DNA of 61,528 nucleotides, from the sequence record SRR20825006_860; one strand, given 5' to 3'. Of the stretch, positions 48,646 to 59,431 are shown in pieces. The first letter of the stretch is position 1. Each line of letters opens with the position of its first letter. Made by a program: the position numbers and the translations under genes. Under the pieces are notes generated by a model. It worked only from the letters and a program-made list of their open reading frames with translations, ran no database searches and had not been told where the DNA came from.

Positions 48646-49014
48646 TCAGTCGGTCTGCAGGCCAGAATAGCCCGGTTGATCGACAGACAACTGGTCAATT
48701 GTGGTGGTTTTGAGGTGTTCCAACAAACCAGGTGTGGTCAGATCCATGTCGCCGCGTTGCAGCAGGGTGCAAAGCTGTTCATTCAGGTCGCGAGCGGATG
48801 CGGTGGCGTCTGCATCGAGTAGAGCCGCAAGTCGTTGCCGCTCGGCTGCTTCAGCGCTTGGCCGGATATCCAATTCTCTGAGAACAGTCGCGAGAACATT
48901 CGAGGCGACCCGCGCATGAAAAGCTGCGTGCCCCGTCAATGAGGGCATGGCGGTTTCGTCAATAAAGGCTTTCACCGCCGTGATCATCTCTTTCTGGGAA
49001 GGCGCGTCGTGCAT
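48646..49014 (-). CDS. DUF6285-like small helical partner protein (LvaB-like)
   Basis: MHDAPS...AFHARVASNVL...RE...QLSVDQPGY; 3 bp downstream of the APH kinase gene. Confidence 0.75.
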   Translation of the reverse strand: MHDAPSQKEMITAVKAFIDETAMPSLTGHAAFHARVASNVLATVLRELDIRPSAEAAERQRLAALLDADATASARDLNEQLCTLLQRGDMDLTTPGLLEHLKTTTIDQLSVDQPGYSGLQTD

Positions 49015-49017
49015 TAA

Positions 49018-50016
49018 TCAGGTCCTTTTCTCGAGCAGATTGATCAAATCAATCTCGGTTTCGGACACGCGTCGCCCAATGGCCGCACGTTCCACGCTTG
49101 GATCGGCGCCAGACCGGAAGGCTTCGTACATGATCATGCACATGATGCCCCATTTCAGACTTCCGAGGATTTCCCACCAGTCGATCTCCTCGGTGGAAAA
49201 AGTACGACCGCCCGCAGTCTGATAAGTCTTCAACAGCTCATCCAGGTCTCCAAAACCGCCAACGCGGCTCTTTGAATAACCAAAGCGCCATGAATTGACG
49301 CAGAGCCAGGCAATGTCTTCGCGGGGATCACCAAGATGAGCGAGTTCCCAATCCAGTACGGCGGCAAGCCCCGTCTCATCGACGATCAGATTTCCAAGTC
49401 GGAAATCGCCATGTACGAGAACCGGGGGGACCGCGTCCGGTCGATTCGATTTCAGCCAGGCAATGGCAAGCTCGAATACCGGGCGAGGAAGGTTGAAGTC
49501 GCGATAGATGGTTTCGTATTTCGCAAGTTGGTCCAGGCCGCCACTCTTGGGCAAATCCGGCAAAGCTTCCGGAGGAATTTGGTGAATGGCGGCGAGCGCT
49601 TGGCCACACTGCTCTGTCAGTCTTCCGCGAGCGGCCGAGTAGATGTCATCTCGCAAAATCTTGCGGGCGATGGTCTGTCCCGGAATACGGTTCATCAGGA
49701 ACGCTTCGCCAATATCGCTGTCAGGCTCGAATACCTGAACCACTCTCGGAGCAGGAACCTCTCCCTCAGCACAGGAGAGCAACTTCGCCTCCGTGCCCAA
49801 GCCGATGGCTTCGGAATTGCGGGCAACGCTGACACCGCCCGGTACGCGGCGCAAAATCAGGTCGACAACTTTGCCGCCCTGTTCAACATCCAGGCTCCAG
49901 GTCTCTTGACTGGCACCTCCTGACAGGCGAACCAGCCGTTCAACGGTCGCGTCAGCGCCGTAAAATTGCCCGGCCCATGCCTGTAAACCCTTTAGAATCT
50001 GATCTTGGCTACCCAT
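49018..50016 (-). CDS. APH-family phosphotransferase (ACAD10/11-N / LvaA-like)
   Basis: LSGGASQETW, LVHGDFRLGNL, VLDWELAHLGDPREDIAW, AIGRRVSETE. Confidence 0.88.
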   Translation of the reverse strand: MGSQDQILKGLQAWAGQFYGADATVERLVRLSGGASQETWSLDVEQGGKVVDLILRRVPGGVSVARNSEAIGLGTEAKLLSCAEGEVPAPRVVQVFEPDSDIGEAFLMNRIPGQTIARKILRDDIYSAARGRLTEQCGQALAAIHQIPPEALPDLPKSGGLDQLAKYETIYRDFNLPRPVFELAIAWLKSNRPDAVPPVLVHGDFRLGNLIVDETGLAAVLDWELAHLGDPREDIAWLCVNSWRFGYSKSRVGGFGDLDELLKTYQTAGGRTFSTEEIDWWEILGSLKWGIMCMIMYEAFRSGADPSVERAAIGRRVSETEIDLINLLEKRT

Positions 50017-50098
50017 CTTGTCACAATTGCGCGGAACACCCATCCCGCCAAGGCGTAACGCCAAGTCACCCCTGACCGGACGCCGAAGGAAACTATTG

Positions 50099-50836
50099 AT
50101 GCCGAAGTCGAAAAAGAGAGATTACGGACTTCTTCCTACGGAGCCGCCCCCACGAGTCAGCCTGTTCGGCTGGCTCAGGGGACGCTTCTTTGCAGGCATG
50201 TTCATCGCCTTGCCAGTCGTCGTGACATTTCTGATTCTGCAATTCTTGATCAGTGAAATCGACAAGCGCGTTGTGCCCTTACTGCCGGCGGCACTGAAAC
50301 CTGAAACTTATCTGAATTACGCAGTTCCCGGTTTTGGACTGATCGTGCTCGTCGTGTTTCTTACCGTGCTGGGCGGCATTGCGACGAATCTCATCGGTCG
50401 TTCCGTCATCAGTCTGGCTGATCGCATTCTGACCCGTGTTCCCTTCGTCCGTTCGGTCTATTCGGCGTTCAAGCAACTGGTTGAAGTCTTTGCGAGTAAC
50501 AATACCGAACAGTTCAGCGAGTGTGTTCTGATCGAGTACCCGAAGAAGGGCACCTGGTGTCTTGGGTTCGTGTCGAGCCCTGCGAAGGGCGAGCTGAAAA
50601 CGGTTCTTGGGCCCGCATTCATTGGAGTATTCGTGCCGACGACTCCGAATCCCACGTCGGGCTTCTTGATGTATGTGGAATCGAGCGAAGTCGTACGCCT
50701 CGACATGACGGTTGAGGAGGGCGCTAAAATGATCCTTTCGGCCGGTCTGGTGGTTCCCGAGCATCTGCCGATCAAAGAGGGCGATGCACCATCGACTCAA
50801 TCTACTCCGTCGCCGGAGCCTGAATCCGGGGCGTAA
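50099..50836 (+). CDS. DUF502 family membrane protein
   Basis: RVPFVRSVYSAFKQ, LIEYP, VFVPTTPNPTSGFL, GAKMILSAG. Confidence 0.92.
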   Translation: MPKSKKRDYGLLPTEPPPRVSLFGWLRGRFFAGMFIALPVVVTFLILQFLISEIDKRVVPLLPAALKPETYLNYAVPGFGLIVLVVFLTVLGGIATNLIGRSVISLADRILTRVPFVRSVYSAFKQLVEVFASNNTEQFSECVLIEYPKKGTWCLGFVSSPAKGELKTVLGPAFIGVFVPTTPNPTSGFLMYVESSEVVRLDMTVEEGAKMILSAGLVVPEHLPIKEGDAPSTQSTPSPEPESGA

Positions 50837-52874
50837 GGAGTTCCCGAACGAGCCGAAGTGCCTGGCCCCGTTCACCAGAAAGCTGGAGATCGCGACTTAC
50901 GATGGCTTCGGCGTCCTTTTTTGCGATTTCGAGCAGCGGGGCGTGTCGCGCTAGATCGAGTACCCGATAATCTGTGGCCCCAGCCTGTTTCAAGCCCAGC
51001 ATATCGCCGGGGCCACGAAGTTTGAAATCCGCTTCAGCAATTTCAAACCCGTCCTCTGTGCGCCGGAGCGTGTCGAGCCGCTCATGCGCTGTTTCGCCCA
51101 AAGGCGGCCTGTAGAGCAACAGGCAATAGGACGGACGATCACCCCGACCGACGCGACCTCGCAACTGATGGAGTTGGGCGAGGCCAAACCCCTCTGCGCG
51201 CTCGATCACCATGATCGTGGCTTCTGGCACATCGACGCCTACTTCGATTACCGTTGTTGCGACCAATAACCTGGTACGTCCTGCGCGGAAATCTTCCAGT
51301 GCGGCGTCTTTCTCTGCAGGCTTGAGGCGACCATGGACGAGCCCCACAGGCACATTCAATTGGTCGGTCAGAGCCGCATGACGGCCAACGGCAGTGGAGT
51401 CATCGTCGTCGACATCAACCTTGGGGCATACCCAGAAAGCGCGCTCGCCCCGACGCATCGCCCGACTCACGGCATCTACTACCTCATCCATGCGTGTGTC
51501 TGGGATCGCGCGGGTTTCGACGGGGACGCGGCCGGGTGGCTTTTCATCCAGTATCGACACGTCAAGATCTCCGTGAAACGCCTGTGCCAAGGTTCGAGGG
51601 ATCGGTGTCGCGCTCATGACAAGCATGTGCGGACTGAGGGCCTTTCCAGCGAGGCGCATGCGGTCAGCCACGCCAAAGCGGTGCTGTTCGTCGACGATGA
51701 CCAGACCCAGATTGCGGAATGCGACGGACTGCTGGAAGAGGGCTTGGGTGCCAGAAACGACGTGGATGCTCCCGTCGGCCAGTCCCATCAATATGCTTTC
51801 GCGCGTCGATGCCTTGTCTCGCCCCGTCAACGCGGCGACGGTGTAACCTAGCGGTGACAGAAGTCGATCCATGGTTTCATATTGCTGACGGGCCAAGACT
51901 TCCGTGGGAGACATGAATGCCGTCTGGAAACCAGCGCTCGCAGCTTGAACCGCGGCCATGGCACTGACCAGCGTTTTGCCCGCGCCAACATCACCCTGAA
52001 GCATCCTGCGCATGGGGGAGGTGGACGACATGTCGGCGGCGATCTGTTCGAATGCACGCGTCTGGGCGCCGGTCGGCTTGTAGGGGAGCGCGCGCAAGAG
52101 TGCTTGGTGAGATTCAGCACTCACCGGGACAGAGGGCGCCGCTCTTTTGGCGCGGCTTGCGCGAGCCAGCGCAAATGCTGACTCACGCGCAAGCGCTTCG
52201 TCATATGCCAATCGCTCGCGCGCCCTTTCAAACAGTTCGGGATCATACTCTATCGGTGCATGAAGGCAGCTCAGGGCCGCTTTGAAGCTCAACCAACCTC
52301 GCGCCTTGACCAAGTCGGGATCCGCCCATTCCGGTAAATCATCGGCGATATGATCCAGCGCTTGAACGGCGAAGCTGTGAACACGTTTGTTCGTCAAACC
52401 CGCTGTAAGACCATAGATGGGTTCGACAGCAGGAGGCATTGGGCCTTTGGCGGGATCAACAATGTGATCGGGATGGGTCATCTGGCGCTCGCCATTGAAC
52501 TCTTCGACCATTCCAGACACGACACGCTCCTTGCCGATCGGAAATTGGCCTTGCAGCCATCTGCCGTCAGCCCGGAAAAAGGCAAGTGTGAGAAATCCGG
52601 TGCCATCGTACAGAACGATCTTGTGCGGAGATCGATCAGAATAGGGTGCGTTATAAGCATGTACTTCGCCGCGAAGGGTTGAGACCTCGCCGATCACCGC
52701 ATCATCAATGTATTCTTTTACCCGACGATCCACCCAGCGCTCCGGCAAATGAAGCAACAAGTCCCAAATACTGTCGCCACCTGTCAGGCGCTCCAGCACA
52801 GGCTTCAGCTTCGGGCCGACACCAGACAAACTGTCCAGGCCCTCAAACAAAGGAAAGAGTCGTTCGTCCCGCAT
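50802..52874 (-). CDS. recG: ATP-dependent DNA helicase RecG
   Basis: [57 protein letters not shown]. Confidence 0.97.
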   Translation of the reverse strand: MRDERLFPLFEGLDSLSGVGPKLKPVLERLTGGDSIWDLLLHLPERWVDRRVKEYIDDAVIGEVSTLRGEVHAYNAPYSDRSPHKIVLYDGTGFLTLAFFRADGRWLQGQFPIGKERVVSGMVEEFNGERQMTHPDHIVDPAKGPMPPAVEPIYGLTAGLTNKRVHSFAVQALDHIADDLPEWADPDLVKARGWLSFKAALSCLHAPIEYDPELFERARERLAYDEALARESAFALARASRAKRAAPSVPVSAESHQALLRALPYKPTGAQTRAFEQIAADMSSTSPMRRMLQGDVGAGKTLVSAMAAVQAASAGFQTAFMSPTEVLARQQYETMDRLLSPLGYTVAALTGRDKASTRESILMGLADGSIHVVSGTQALFQQSVAFRNLGLVIVDEQHRFGVADRMRLAGKALSPHMLVMSATPIPRTLAQAFHGDLDVSILDEKPPGRVPVETRAIPDTRMDEVVDAVSRAMRRGERAFWVCPKVDVDDDDSTAVGRHAALTDQLNVPVGLVHGRLKPAEKDAALEDFRAGRTRLLVATTVIEVGVDVPEATIMVIERAEGFGLAQLHQLRGRVGRGDRPSYCLLLYRPPLGETAHERLDTLRRTEDGFEIAEADFKLRGPGDMLGLKQAGATDYRVLDLARHAPLLEIAKKDAEAIVSRDLQLSGERGQALRLVRELLTPRIQAPATE

Positions 52875-52971
52875 CCCAACCAGACTATGCGCGCGCGGTG
52901 CGCTGCACAATCGCCGCTGTTTATTCCAGCTGCGCGTTCTATATGGTTTGGCAAATCAAAGGAGCCGAAGA

Positions 52972-53232
52972 ATGGAAGCACGTCGCCGAAAACTCAAATT
53001 CAGGGCCTGGCGACGCGGATTCCGGGAAATGGACCTTCTCATGGGTACGTTCGCAGATGCGCATATTGGTTCGTTCGGTGAATCAGAACTTGATGAATTC
53101 GAGGGTCTGCTCGGCGTTCCGGATTGGGAGGTCTATGCGTGGCTGATCGGCCAAAAGCCTGTGCCTGAGACTCATCGCGGTCCCGTGCTGGACCAACTCA
53201 TCGCGTTCCGATACGCCGCCCAAGGCGGTTAA
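52972..53232 (+). CDS. sdhE: Succinate dehydrogenase flavinylation/assembly factor (SdhE/Sdh5)
   Basis: FRAWRRGFREMDL motif; recG-sdhE-mfd context. Confidence 0.92.
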   Translation: MEARRRKLKFRAWRRGFREMDLLMGTFADAHIGSFGESELDEFEGLLGVPDWEVYAWLIGQKPVPETHRGPVLDQLIAFRYAAQGG

Positions 53233-53272
53233 GTCAGCCTTTCTTTCCATTTCTGTCGAATACATCGTGCCC

Positions 53273-56200
53273 ATGACTCCTGTAGAGCTATTGAAATCCC
53301 TCAGCGGTCCGGCCGCCCTCTCTGGTGCGCCGTTTGGTGCAGACCTGATTGCCTTTTGTGCCGCATTACAGAAGCGCGGCGGGGCGGGAGTTTATGTCGC
53401 CCGTGATGACAAGACAGCGGCCACAGCGCGGCGGGTGGCGCAGTTTGCCGAGCCCCGTCTGGAGCAGGTCGACCTGCCAAGTTGGGACACGCTGCCCTAT
53501 GATCGGGTCAGCCCGACAGCGGGAGTTTCCGCTCGCCGATGCGCCGCACTTGCGCGGTTATCTCGCTATGACCCGGAGCAGGGTCCAATCCTGGTGGTCA
53601 CCACCGCATCGTCGCTGGTTCAGCGGGTGCCTCCTGTTAGCGTGCTACGCCGGTCTTCATTCGCGGTCACGCTCGGCCAGTCCGTGAACCAGAAAGAACT
53701 TACCGAGTATCTTGCCGTAAATGGCTATTTGCGATCAAGCACCGTGCGCGAGCATGGGGAGTTCGCGATTCGGGGCGGGATCATCGATATTTTCCCGCCG
53801 ACCTCTCCTGAACCGTATCGTCTCGACTTTTTCGGCGACACATTGGAAACCCTCCGCACCTTCGACACCGAAACGCAGCGGTCTACAGGGGATGCGAAAA
53901 GCGTCGCCTTTGCACCGGTCAGCGAAATCCTGTTTGACGATGATGTGCTGGCGCGGTTTCGCGAGAAGTACCTGGCCGCGTTCGGACCGCCTTCGGGCGA
54001 CCCGGCTTATGAAGCCGCGCGCGCATCCATCCGGCGGCAGGGCGTGGAAGGCTGGCTGCCATTGTTTCATGACCACCTGGAAACAGTATTCGACTATGTG
54101 GGCTCAGACCCGCTTATAGGCATGGGCCATCTCGCCGGTGAAGCGTCCGCAGAACGCCTGTCGCAAGCTGAAGACTATCATGCCGCCCGTTTGGAGGCGG
54201 GTGAAGGAGATGTACGACAGGCGAAAGTGTTGCCGCCGGATTCGCTTTACCTGACTCCAAGGGAATTGGAGGCCGGGCTCGCTTCGCGAGCCACCGCACG
54301 TTTCTATCCATCCGAACCCAGCGCCGAAGCATTTGACCTGGGAGGCCGTGCTGGCCGTGATTTCGCCCCGGAACGCCTGCACGCAGACATCAATGTATTC
54401 GAAGCGGCGATTGCTCATGCCAAGCGTCTCCAATCTGACGGTCGCCCGGTTGTGTTTGCGGCATGGTCGGTTGGTTCAGCAGATCGCCTGATCAATGTCA
54501 TGGCGGATCACGGCCTGACAGACTTGGCATTGGTGCATTCTCTCGACGCGGCAAAGAAGACTGACTTCACGGTTGTGGAAATCCCTCTGGAGTCAGGGTT
54601 CGAGACGCCGGACGTGGCTTTGATCTCGGAAGCCGACATTCTGGGCGACAGGCTGGCCGGGCCTAGGCGTAAGCGGAAGACAGCGAATTTCATATCAGAT
54701 GCCGCCGCACTCAATCCTGGCGACCTGATCGTGCATATTGATCATGGGGTGGGGCGCTATGTAGGCCTCAAGACGCTGGACCTTACCGGCGCGCCGCATG
54801 ACTGCCTTCATCTGGAATATGCGGGCGGTGACACAATATTCCTCCCGGTAGAGAATATTGACCTGATCAGCCGGTACGGAGCAGAGGATTCAGAAAACCA
54901 ACTCGACCGTCTCGGTGGGGCAGGCTGGCAAACGCGGAAAGCCAAAGCCAAGAAGCGCATTCTCGAAATGGCGGCCGAGCTAATGCATATCGCCGCCGCC
55001 CGTGAGTTGAAACGTGCAGATGCCGTCAATGCCGGGCAGGGCCTGTATGAAGAATTCGCAGCACGCTTCCCCTATGAAGAAACTGATGATCAGTTGAATG
55101 CGATTGAAGATGTCATTGGCGATCTCGCGTCAGGCAAGCCAATGGATCGACTGGTTTGTGGCGATGTCGGTTTCGGCAAGACGGAAGTCGCATTGCGCGG
55201 TGCGTTTGTTGCAGCGATGAGCGGCAAGCAGGTCGCGGTGATTGCGCCGACTACGCTGCTCGCGCGTCAGCACTACAAGACATTTGCTGAGCGCTTTGCA
55301 GGTTGGCCTTTGAAGGTTCGCCAATTGTCACGACTTGTCGGTGCGAAAGAGGCTGCGGAAACGCGCGAGGGGATTGCGGATGGCAGTGTAGATGTGGTGG
55401 TGGGCACACACGCAGTGCTCACAAAGACTATTGAGTTCAAGCGCCTCGGTCTGTTGGTAGTGGATGAAGAGCAGCGCTTCGGTGTAAAGCACAAAGAACG
55501 ACTCAAAGAGTTGAAAGCCGACGTTCACGTCCTAACGCTGTCGGCCACACCTATTCCGCGTACGTTGCAAATGGCACTTACAGGAATTCGCGATCTGTCG
55601 ATCATCGCTACGCCGCCGGTCGACCGCCTGTCAGTGCGGACTTACATCACTGAAGAAGACACGGTTACTCTGAGGGAGGCCTTGCTTCGCGAGAAGTATC
55701 GTGGCGGACAGGCCTTCTTCGTGGCGCCGCGCATTCAGGACCTGGACAAGCTGGAACGCTTCCTTCACGACAATGTGCCTGAGGTTTCCTATATCGTTGC
55801 CCACGGCCAGATGGCAGCAGGCGAACTCGAAGACATCATGACAGCCTTCTATGAGGGCAAGTATGACGTGCTGCTTTCGACGACGATTGTTGAAAGCGGA
55901 CTGGACATACCGCGTGCCAACACATTGATCATACACCGGGCCGACATGTTCGGCCTTGCTCAACTGTATCAGTTGCGCGGTCGGGTCGGCCGATCGAAGC
56001 TGCGCGCCTATGCCTATTTCACGACGCCGCGCGACAAGGTGATTACCGAGACGGCTGACCGCCGTTTGAAAATCCTGCAGTCGCTGGACTCTCTGGGCGC
56101 GGGCTTCCAGCTAGCCAGCCATGACCTGGACATGCGCGGATCTGGAAACCTTCTTGGCGACCAGCAATCTGGTCATGTGAAGGAAGTTGGCGTGGAACTC

Positions 56201-56734
56201 TACCAGTCCATGCTGGAAGATGCCGTCAATGCGCTTAAGGCCGGAGCGAGAGATGACGAAGACTTTGCGGATGACTGGTCGCCGCAGATCAATACCGGAG
56301 CGGCCGTGCTGATTCCGGAAAGCTATGTAGAAGATCTGAACATCCGGCTTTCCCTGTATCGACGCCTGTCTGAGATTTCGACAGCTGCGGAGCGCGAGTC
56401 CTTCGCCGCTGAACTGATTGACCGGTTTGGTCCGTTGCCGGATGAGACGAGGCAGTTGCTCGAAGTCACCGCAATCAAGGTGCAGTGCAAAGTTTTGGGT
56501 ATCTCCAAACTGGATGCCGGGCAGAAGGGCGCGGTCTTTGCCTTCCGCGAAGATACGGTACTCGATCCTGCGCGTTTGCTGGACGTTGTACGCAGTCGGC
56601 CGTCCCAGTTGCGGATCAGACCGGACTCCAAATTGGTTCACTCAGGACTTGGCGGCACACCCGAACAGCGTTTGTCGGGAATTCGTGGCTTTCTGAAAGA
56701 GCTCGAGGCTGCGGCTGGCCTTGTGCCGGCCTAG
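53273..56734 (+). CDS. mfd: Transcription-repair coupling factor
   Basis: [58 protein letters not shown]-terminus. Confidence 0.98.
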   Translation: MTPVELLKSLSGPAALSGAPFGADLIAFCAALQKRGGAGVYVARDDKTAATARRVAQFAEPRLEQVDLPSWDTLPYDRVSPTAGVSARRCAALARLSRYDPEQGPILVVTTASSLVQRVPPVSVLRRSSFAVTLGQSVNQKELTEYLAVNGYLRSSTVREHGEFAIRGGIIDIFPPTSPEPYRLDFFGDTLETLRTFDTETQRSTGDAKSVAFAPVSEILFDDDVLARFREKYLAAFGPPSGDPAYEAARASIRRQGVEGWLPLFHDHLETVFDYVGSDPLIGMGHLAGEASAERLSQAEDYHAARLEAGEGDVRQAKVLPPDSLYLTPRELEAGLASRATARFYPSEPSAEAFDLGGRAGRDFAPERLHADINVFEAAIAHAKRLQSDGRPVVFAAWSVGSADRLINVMADHGLTDLALVHSLDAAKKTDFTVVEIPLESGFETPDVALISEADILGDRLAGPRRKRKTANFISDAAALNPGDLIVHIDHGVGRYVGLKTLDLTGAPHDCLHLEYAGGDTIFLPVENIDLISRYGAEDSENQLDRLGGAGWQTRKAKAKKRILEMAAELMHIAAARELKRADAVNAGQGLYEEFAARFPYEETDDQLNAIEDVIGDLASGKPMDRLVCGDVGFGKTEVALRGAFVAAMSGKQVAVIAPTTLLARQHYKTFAERFAGWPLKVRQLSRLVGAKEAAETREGIADGSVDVVVGTHAVLTKTIEFKRLGLLVVDEEQRFGVKHKERLKELKADVHVLTLSATPIPRTLQMALTGIRDLSIIATPPVDRLSVRTYITEEDTVTLREALLREKYRGGQAFFVAPRIQDLDKLERFLHDNVPEVSYIVAHGQMAAGELEDIMTAFYEGKYDVLLSTTIVESGLDIPRANTLIIHRADMFGLAQLYQLRGRVGRSKLRAYAYFTTPRDKVITETADRRLKILQSLDSLGAGFQLASHDLDMRGSGNLLGDQQSGHVKEVGVELYQSMLEDAVNALKAGARDDEDFADDWSPQINTGAAVLIPESYVEDLNIRLSLYRRLSEISTAAERESFAAELIDRFGPLPDETRQLLEVTAIKVQCKVLGISKLDAGQKGAVFAFREDTVLDPARLLDVVRSRPSQLRIRPDSKLVHSGLGGTPEQRLSGIRGFLKELEAAAGLVPA

Positions 56735-57990
56735 GCGGTCCTGGCTTTTTGGTAGACACCTGACCGAGCTTCAGACAACAGTCTGCGAGCGTCATGATAA
56801 GCGCGCTTTTCGGTGATGCGCCAGCCAAGACGTGCTGCGAGGTCTGGTGCCACCGCTTCCAACTCTCGAAACAAGCGTTCGCAGATTTGGACAGCACCTT
56901 TGTAGCCTGTCGCGGACAAGCTGATGGCAAACGTGTCCGGGTCGATGGTCACAGGTAGGTCTGTTTCTCGCATGTTTGACAGGACTACATTGGCGATGAG
57001 TTTTTTCTGGCGATGTGAAACGCGATCATGTTGCGGATCGCAAATGACCAGAAGAGACAGCGGATCCCCTCGGTCTGCTGAAAGCTCGATCTGGTTCTGA
57101 AGATGCGCCTCAAAAAAGGTCTGGGAAAAGAGACCGGTTTCTGAATGGCAAATTGCTGACATGGACATGTTGTCTTTGACTTTAAGCGATTGCACTGCGG
57201 CACGTCGACCGTAGGCGTCGACATGAGCCGCCAGATCATGGGCGGGCGTGCAGGGTTCGAACACGTGAGACATGTATCGAATGATAGTTTCCAAACTATG
57301 CGAGGGTTCTGTGCCTTCACTGAGTAATCCGAGCAGAGGCGTATGTACAAAATGCTCAATGGAAGCCGTCACCCAGTTGGCGAGCTTATGCAGGCTTCGA
57401 GGTTCCGACGGGATATCGAGCAAGATGGCTGCAAAGGCTCTTTGCCTGACATAGTCTGCCGCAGTATGGGCACTGAAGGCAGCCGTGACAGTGATCCCGC
57501 GCTCGCCGAGCGCAGCCTGCAATGCAAGAAAGCGTGAAGACCCATCCCCGAGATAGAGGAGGTCCGGCACCGTCTCAACGGAGGGCTCGGGCAATGTCAC
57601 CCCAAAAGTAGTTGCCGTTTCACTGCGCAAGCGCAATTCCGACATGCGGGCGCTGCGCCGTGTGATGGCGTCGAGCCTCCCTCTTAGGACGGATAAATCG
57701 CGGTCACGCGGGATGAAGACAGCATTTGCAAAATATCCAGCCAAAGCCGGGTCACCCAAAATCAGAATTGGCCGAAGTGATTGGCCAATGTCTTTGATAA
57801 ACTGGATCAACGTGTTCTCATCGAGGCTTTGTGTATCCAGGAGCAATGCTTCCGATGACGAATATGAGATCGGTAAGTCTGCCCGAAACGGGCGCATGCG
57901 ACCCGACCGGAGGCGTGACAGGATCATCTCCAGACGCGCACCTGCAGCCAATACTTCTATCGGTGGGTCAAGGTATGCGAGGTGGTTCAT
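56731..57990 (-). CDS. PopA-like protein: degenerate receiver domains plus degenerate GGDEF with intact RxxD I-site
   Basis: TGLFSQTFFEAHL...PLSL, RETD-LPVTI-DPDTF in place of RxxD-x5-GGDEF; AAFSAHTAADY receiver-like segment; next to mfd. Confidence 0.7.
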   Translation of the reverse strand: MNHLAYLDPPIEVLAAGARLEMILSRLRSGRMRPFRADLPISYSSSEALLLDTQSLDENTLIQFIKDIGQSLRPILILGDPALAGYFANAVFIPRDRDLSVLRGRLDAITRRSARMSELRLRSETATTFGVTLPEPSVETVPDLLYLGDGSSRFLALQAALGERGITVTAAFSAHTAADYVRQRAFAAILLDIPSEPRSLHKLANWVTASIEHFVHTPLLGLLSEGTEPSHSLETIIRYMSHVFEPCTPAHDLAAHVDAYGRRAAVQSLKVKDNMSMSAICHSETGLFSQTFFEAHLQNQIELSADRGDPLSLLVICDPQHDRVSHRQKKLIANVVLSNMRETDLPVTIDPDTFAISLSATGYKGAVQICERLFRELEAVAPDLAARLGWRITEKRAYHDARRLLSEARSGVYQKARTA

Positions 57991-58052
57991 ATGGCTCGTA
58001 AGGATTGTGTCGGGCGACGTTGCGGTACCCCTTCCTTTTGAGCCGCGCCGGC

Positions 58053-58067
58053 TTAATGATCCGCTAA
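58053..58067. promoter_or_regulatory. CtrA-like box upstream of the popA-like gene
   Basis: TTAA tgatccg CTAA (1 mismatch to TTAA-N7-TTAA). Confidence 0.45.
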
Positions 58068-58106
58068 ATTGACCCGGTGAGACAAAAATAAAAGGTAGGA
58101 TATGTC

Positions 58107-59201
58107 ATGGCTCAAGGACCGTTGAATGGCGTTCGGATTGTAGAGTTCGCAGGTATTGGACCTGGACCCTTTTGCGGCATGCTGTTGTCTGATCTTGGCG
58201 CAGATGTGATTCGGATTGATCGGAAGGGTGATGGTCGCCCTGGCCGCGCAGCTGATGTGATGAGCCGGGGGCGCCGGTCCATCGGACTCAACCTGAAAGA
58301 TCCTGCTGATGTCGAAACTGCGTTGAAGCTGATCGAGAAAGCTGATGGGTTGATCGAGGGTTTCCGACCCGGCGTCATGGAGCGCAACGGTCTCGGGCCT
58401 GATGTCGCGCTCGCCCGCAATCCGAAGCTGGTTTACGGGCGCATGACGGGATGGGGACAGACCGGCGCGCTGTCGCATGCTGCGGGACATGACCTCAACT
58501 ATATCGCCATTACAGGTGCACTTCATGCGATGGGCGATGGCGACGGTCGCCCGCGTCCGCCACTCAATCTGGTTGGCGACTATGGAGGCGGCGCGCTCTA
58601 TTTGGCGATGGGCCTGCTGGCTGGCATCGTGAATGTGAAAAATGGCGGCGAAGGCCAAGTTATTGATGTGGCGATGTCTGATGGTGCGGCTTCACTGGCG
58701 ACCATGTTCTACGGAATGAAAGCGATGGGTCTCTGGACTGATGACAGAGAGGCAAACCTTCTCGATGGCGGAGCGCATTTCTATGACACGTATGAGTGCA
58801 GCGATGGCAAATGGGTATCGATCGGATCGATCGAGCCACAATTTTACGCTCTGCTACTGGAAAAAGCGGGTCTGACCGATCCCGGCTTTCAAGCTCAAAT
58901 GGACCGCTCGAAGTGGCCTGATCTGAAGCAAAAGATCATGGCGGTGTTCAAGACCAAAACGCGCGATGAGTGGTGTGAGATAATGGAAGGCACTGACATC
59001 TGTTTTGCGCCAGTCCTCTCCATGTCGGAAGCGCCATCCCATAAGCACAATGTGGACCGTCAGACGTTTGTGGAGATCGAGGGAGTGGTTCAGCCTGCGC
59101 CCGCACCGCGCTTCTCCGCGACGCCCGGGGCCATCCAGGGGCGGCCAGCTGGACTGGGGGAACATTCTGGTGAGATCCTCAAAGATTGGGGAATTCAATA
59201 G
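58107..59201 (+). CDS. CaiB/BaiF family III CoA-transferase (alpha-methylacyl-CoA racemase-like)
   Basis: [55 protein letters not shown]. Confidence 0.92.
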   Translation: MAQGPLNGVRIVEFAGIGPGPFCGMLLSDLGADVIRIDRKGDGRPGRAADVMSRGRRSIGLNLKDPADVETALKLIEKADGLIEGFRPGVMERNGLGPDVALARNPKLVYGRMTGWGQTGALSHAAGHDLNYIAITGALHAMGDGDGRPRPPLNLVGDYGGGALYLAMGLLAGIVNVKNGGEGQVIDVAMSDGAASLATMFYGMKAMGLWTDDREANLLDGGAHFYDTYECSDGKWVSIGSIEPQFYALLLEKAGLTDPGFQAQMDRSKWPDLKQKIMAVFKTKTRDEWCEIMEGTDICFAPVLSMSEAPSHKHNVDRQTFVEIEGVVQPAPAPRFSATPGAIQGRPAGLGEHSGEILKDWGIQ

Positions 59202-59343
59202 ACCGAGTTCGCCTCATAGATGAATGGGAGACAACCGGACGAACTGCAAGCCGTTCAGGTTGACCCTGCTAGTGAATGTCTTGTTGGGCACAGGTCTTGG
59301 GCAATTTGTCTGGACGTCTGCTCAACGTCCTTCTTGCTGAACT

Positions 59344-59370
59344 TGGTCGTCCCGCGGGACGACCATTTTT
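59344..59370 (+). terminator. Rho-independent terminator (22-bp perfect palindrome plus T5)
   Basis: TGGTCGTCCCGCGGGACGACCA followed by TTTTT. Confidence 0.75.
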
Positions 59371-59431
59371 CTTGCGCCAGGTGGCATTGTCCTTACGCTT
59401 GCGAAAAAAGCATCAAGAAGAACGAGGCGTC

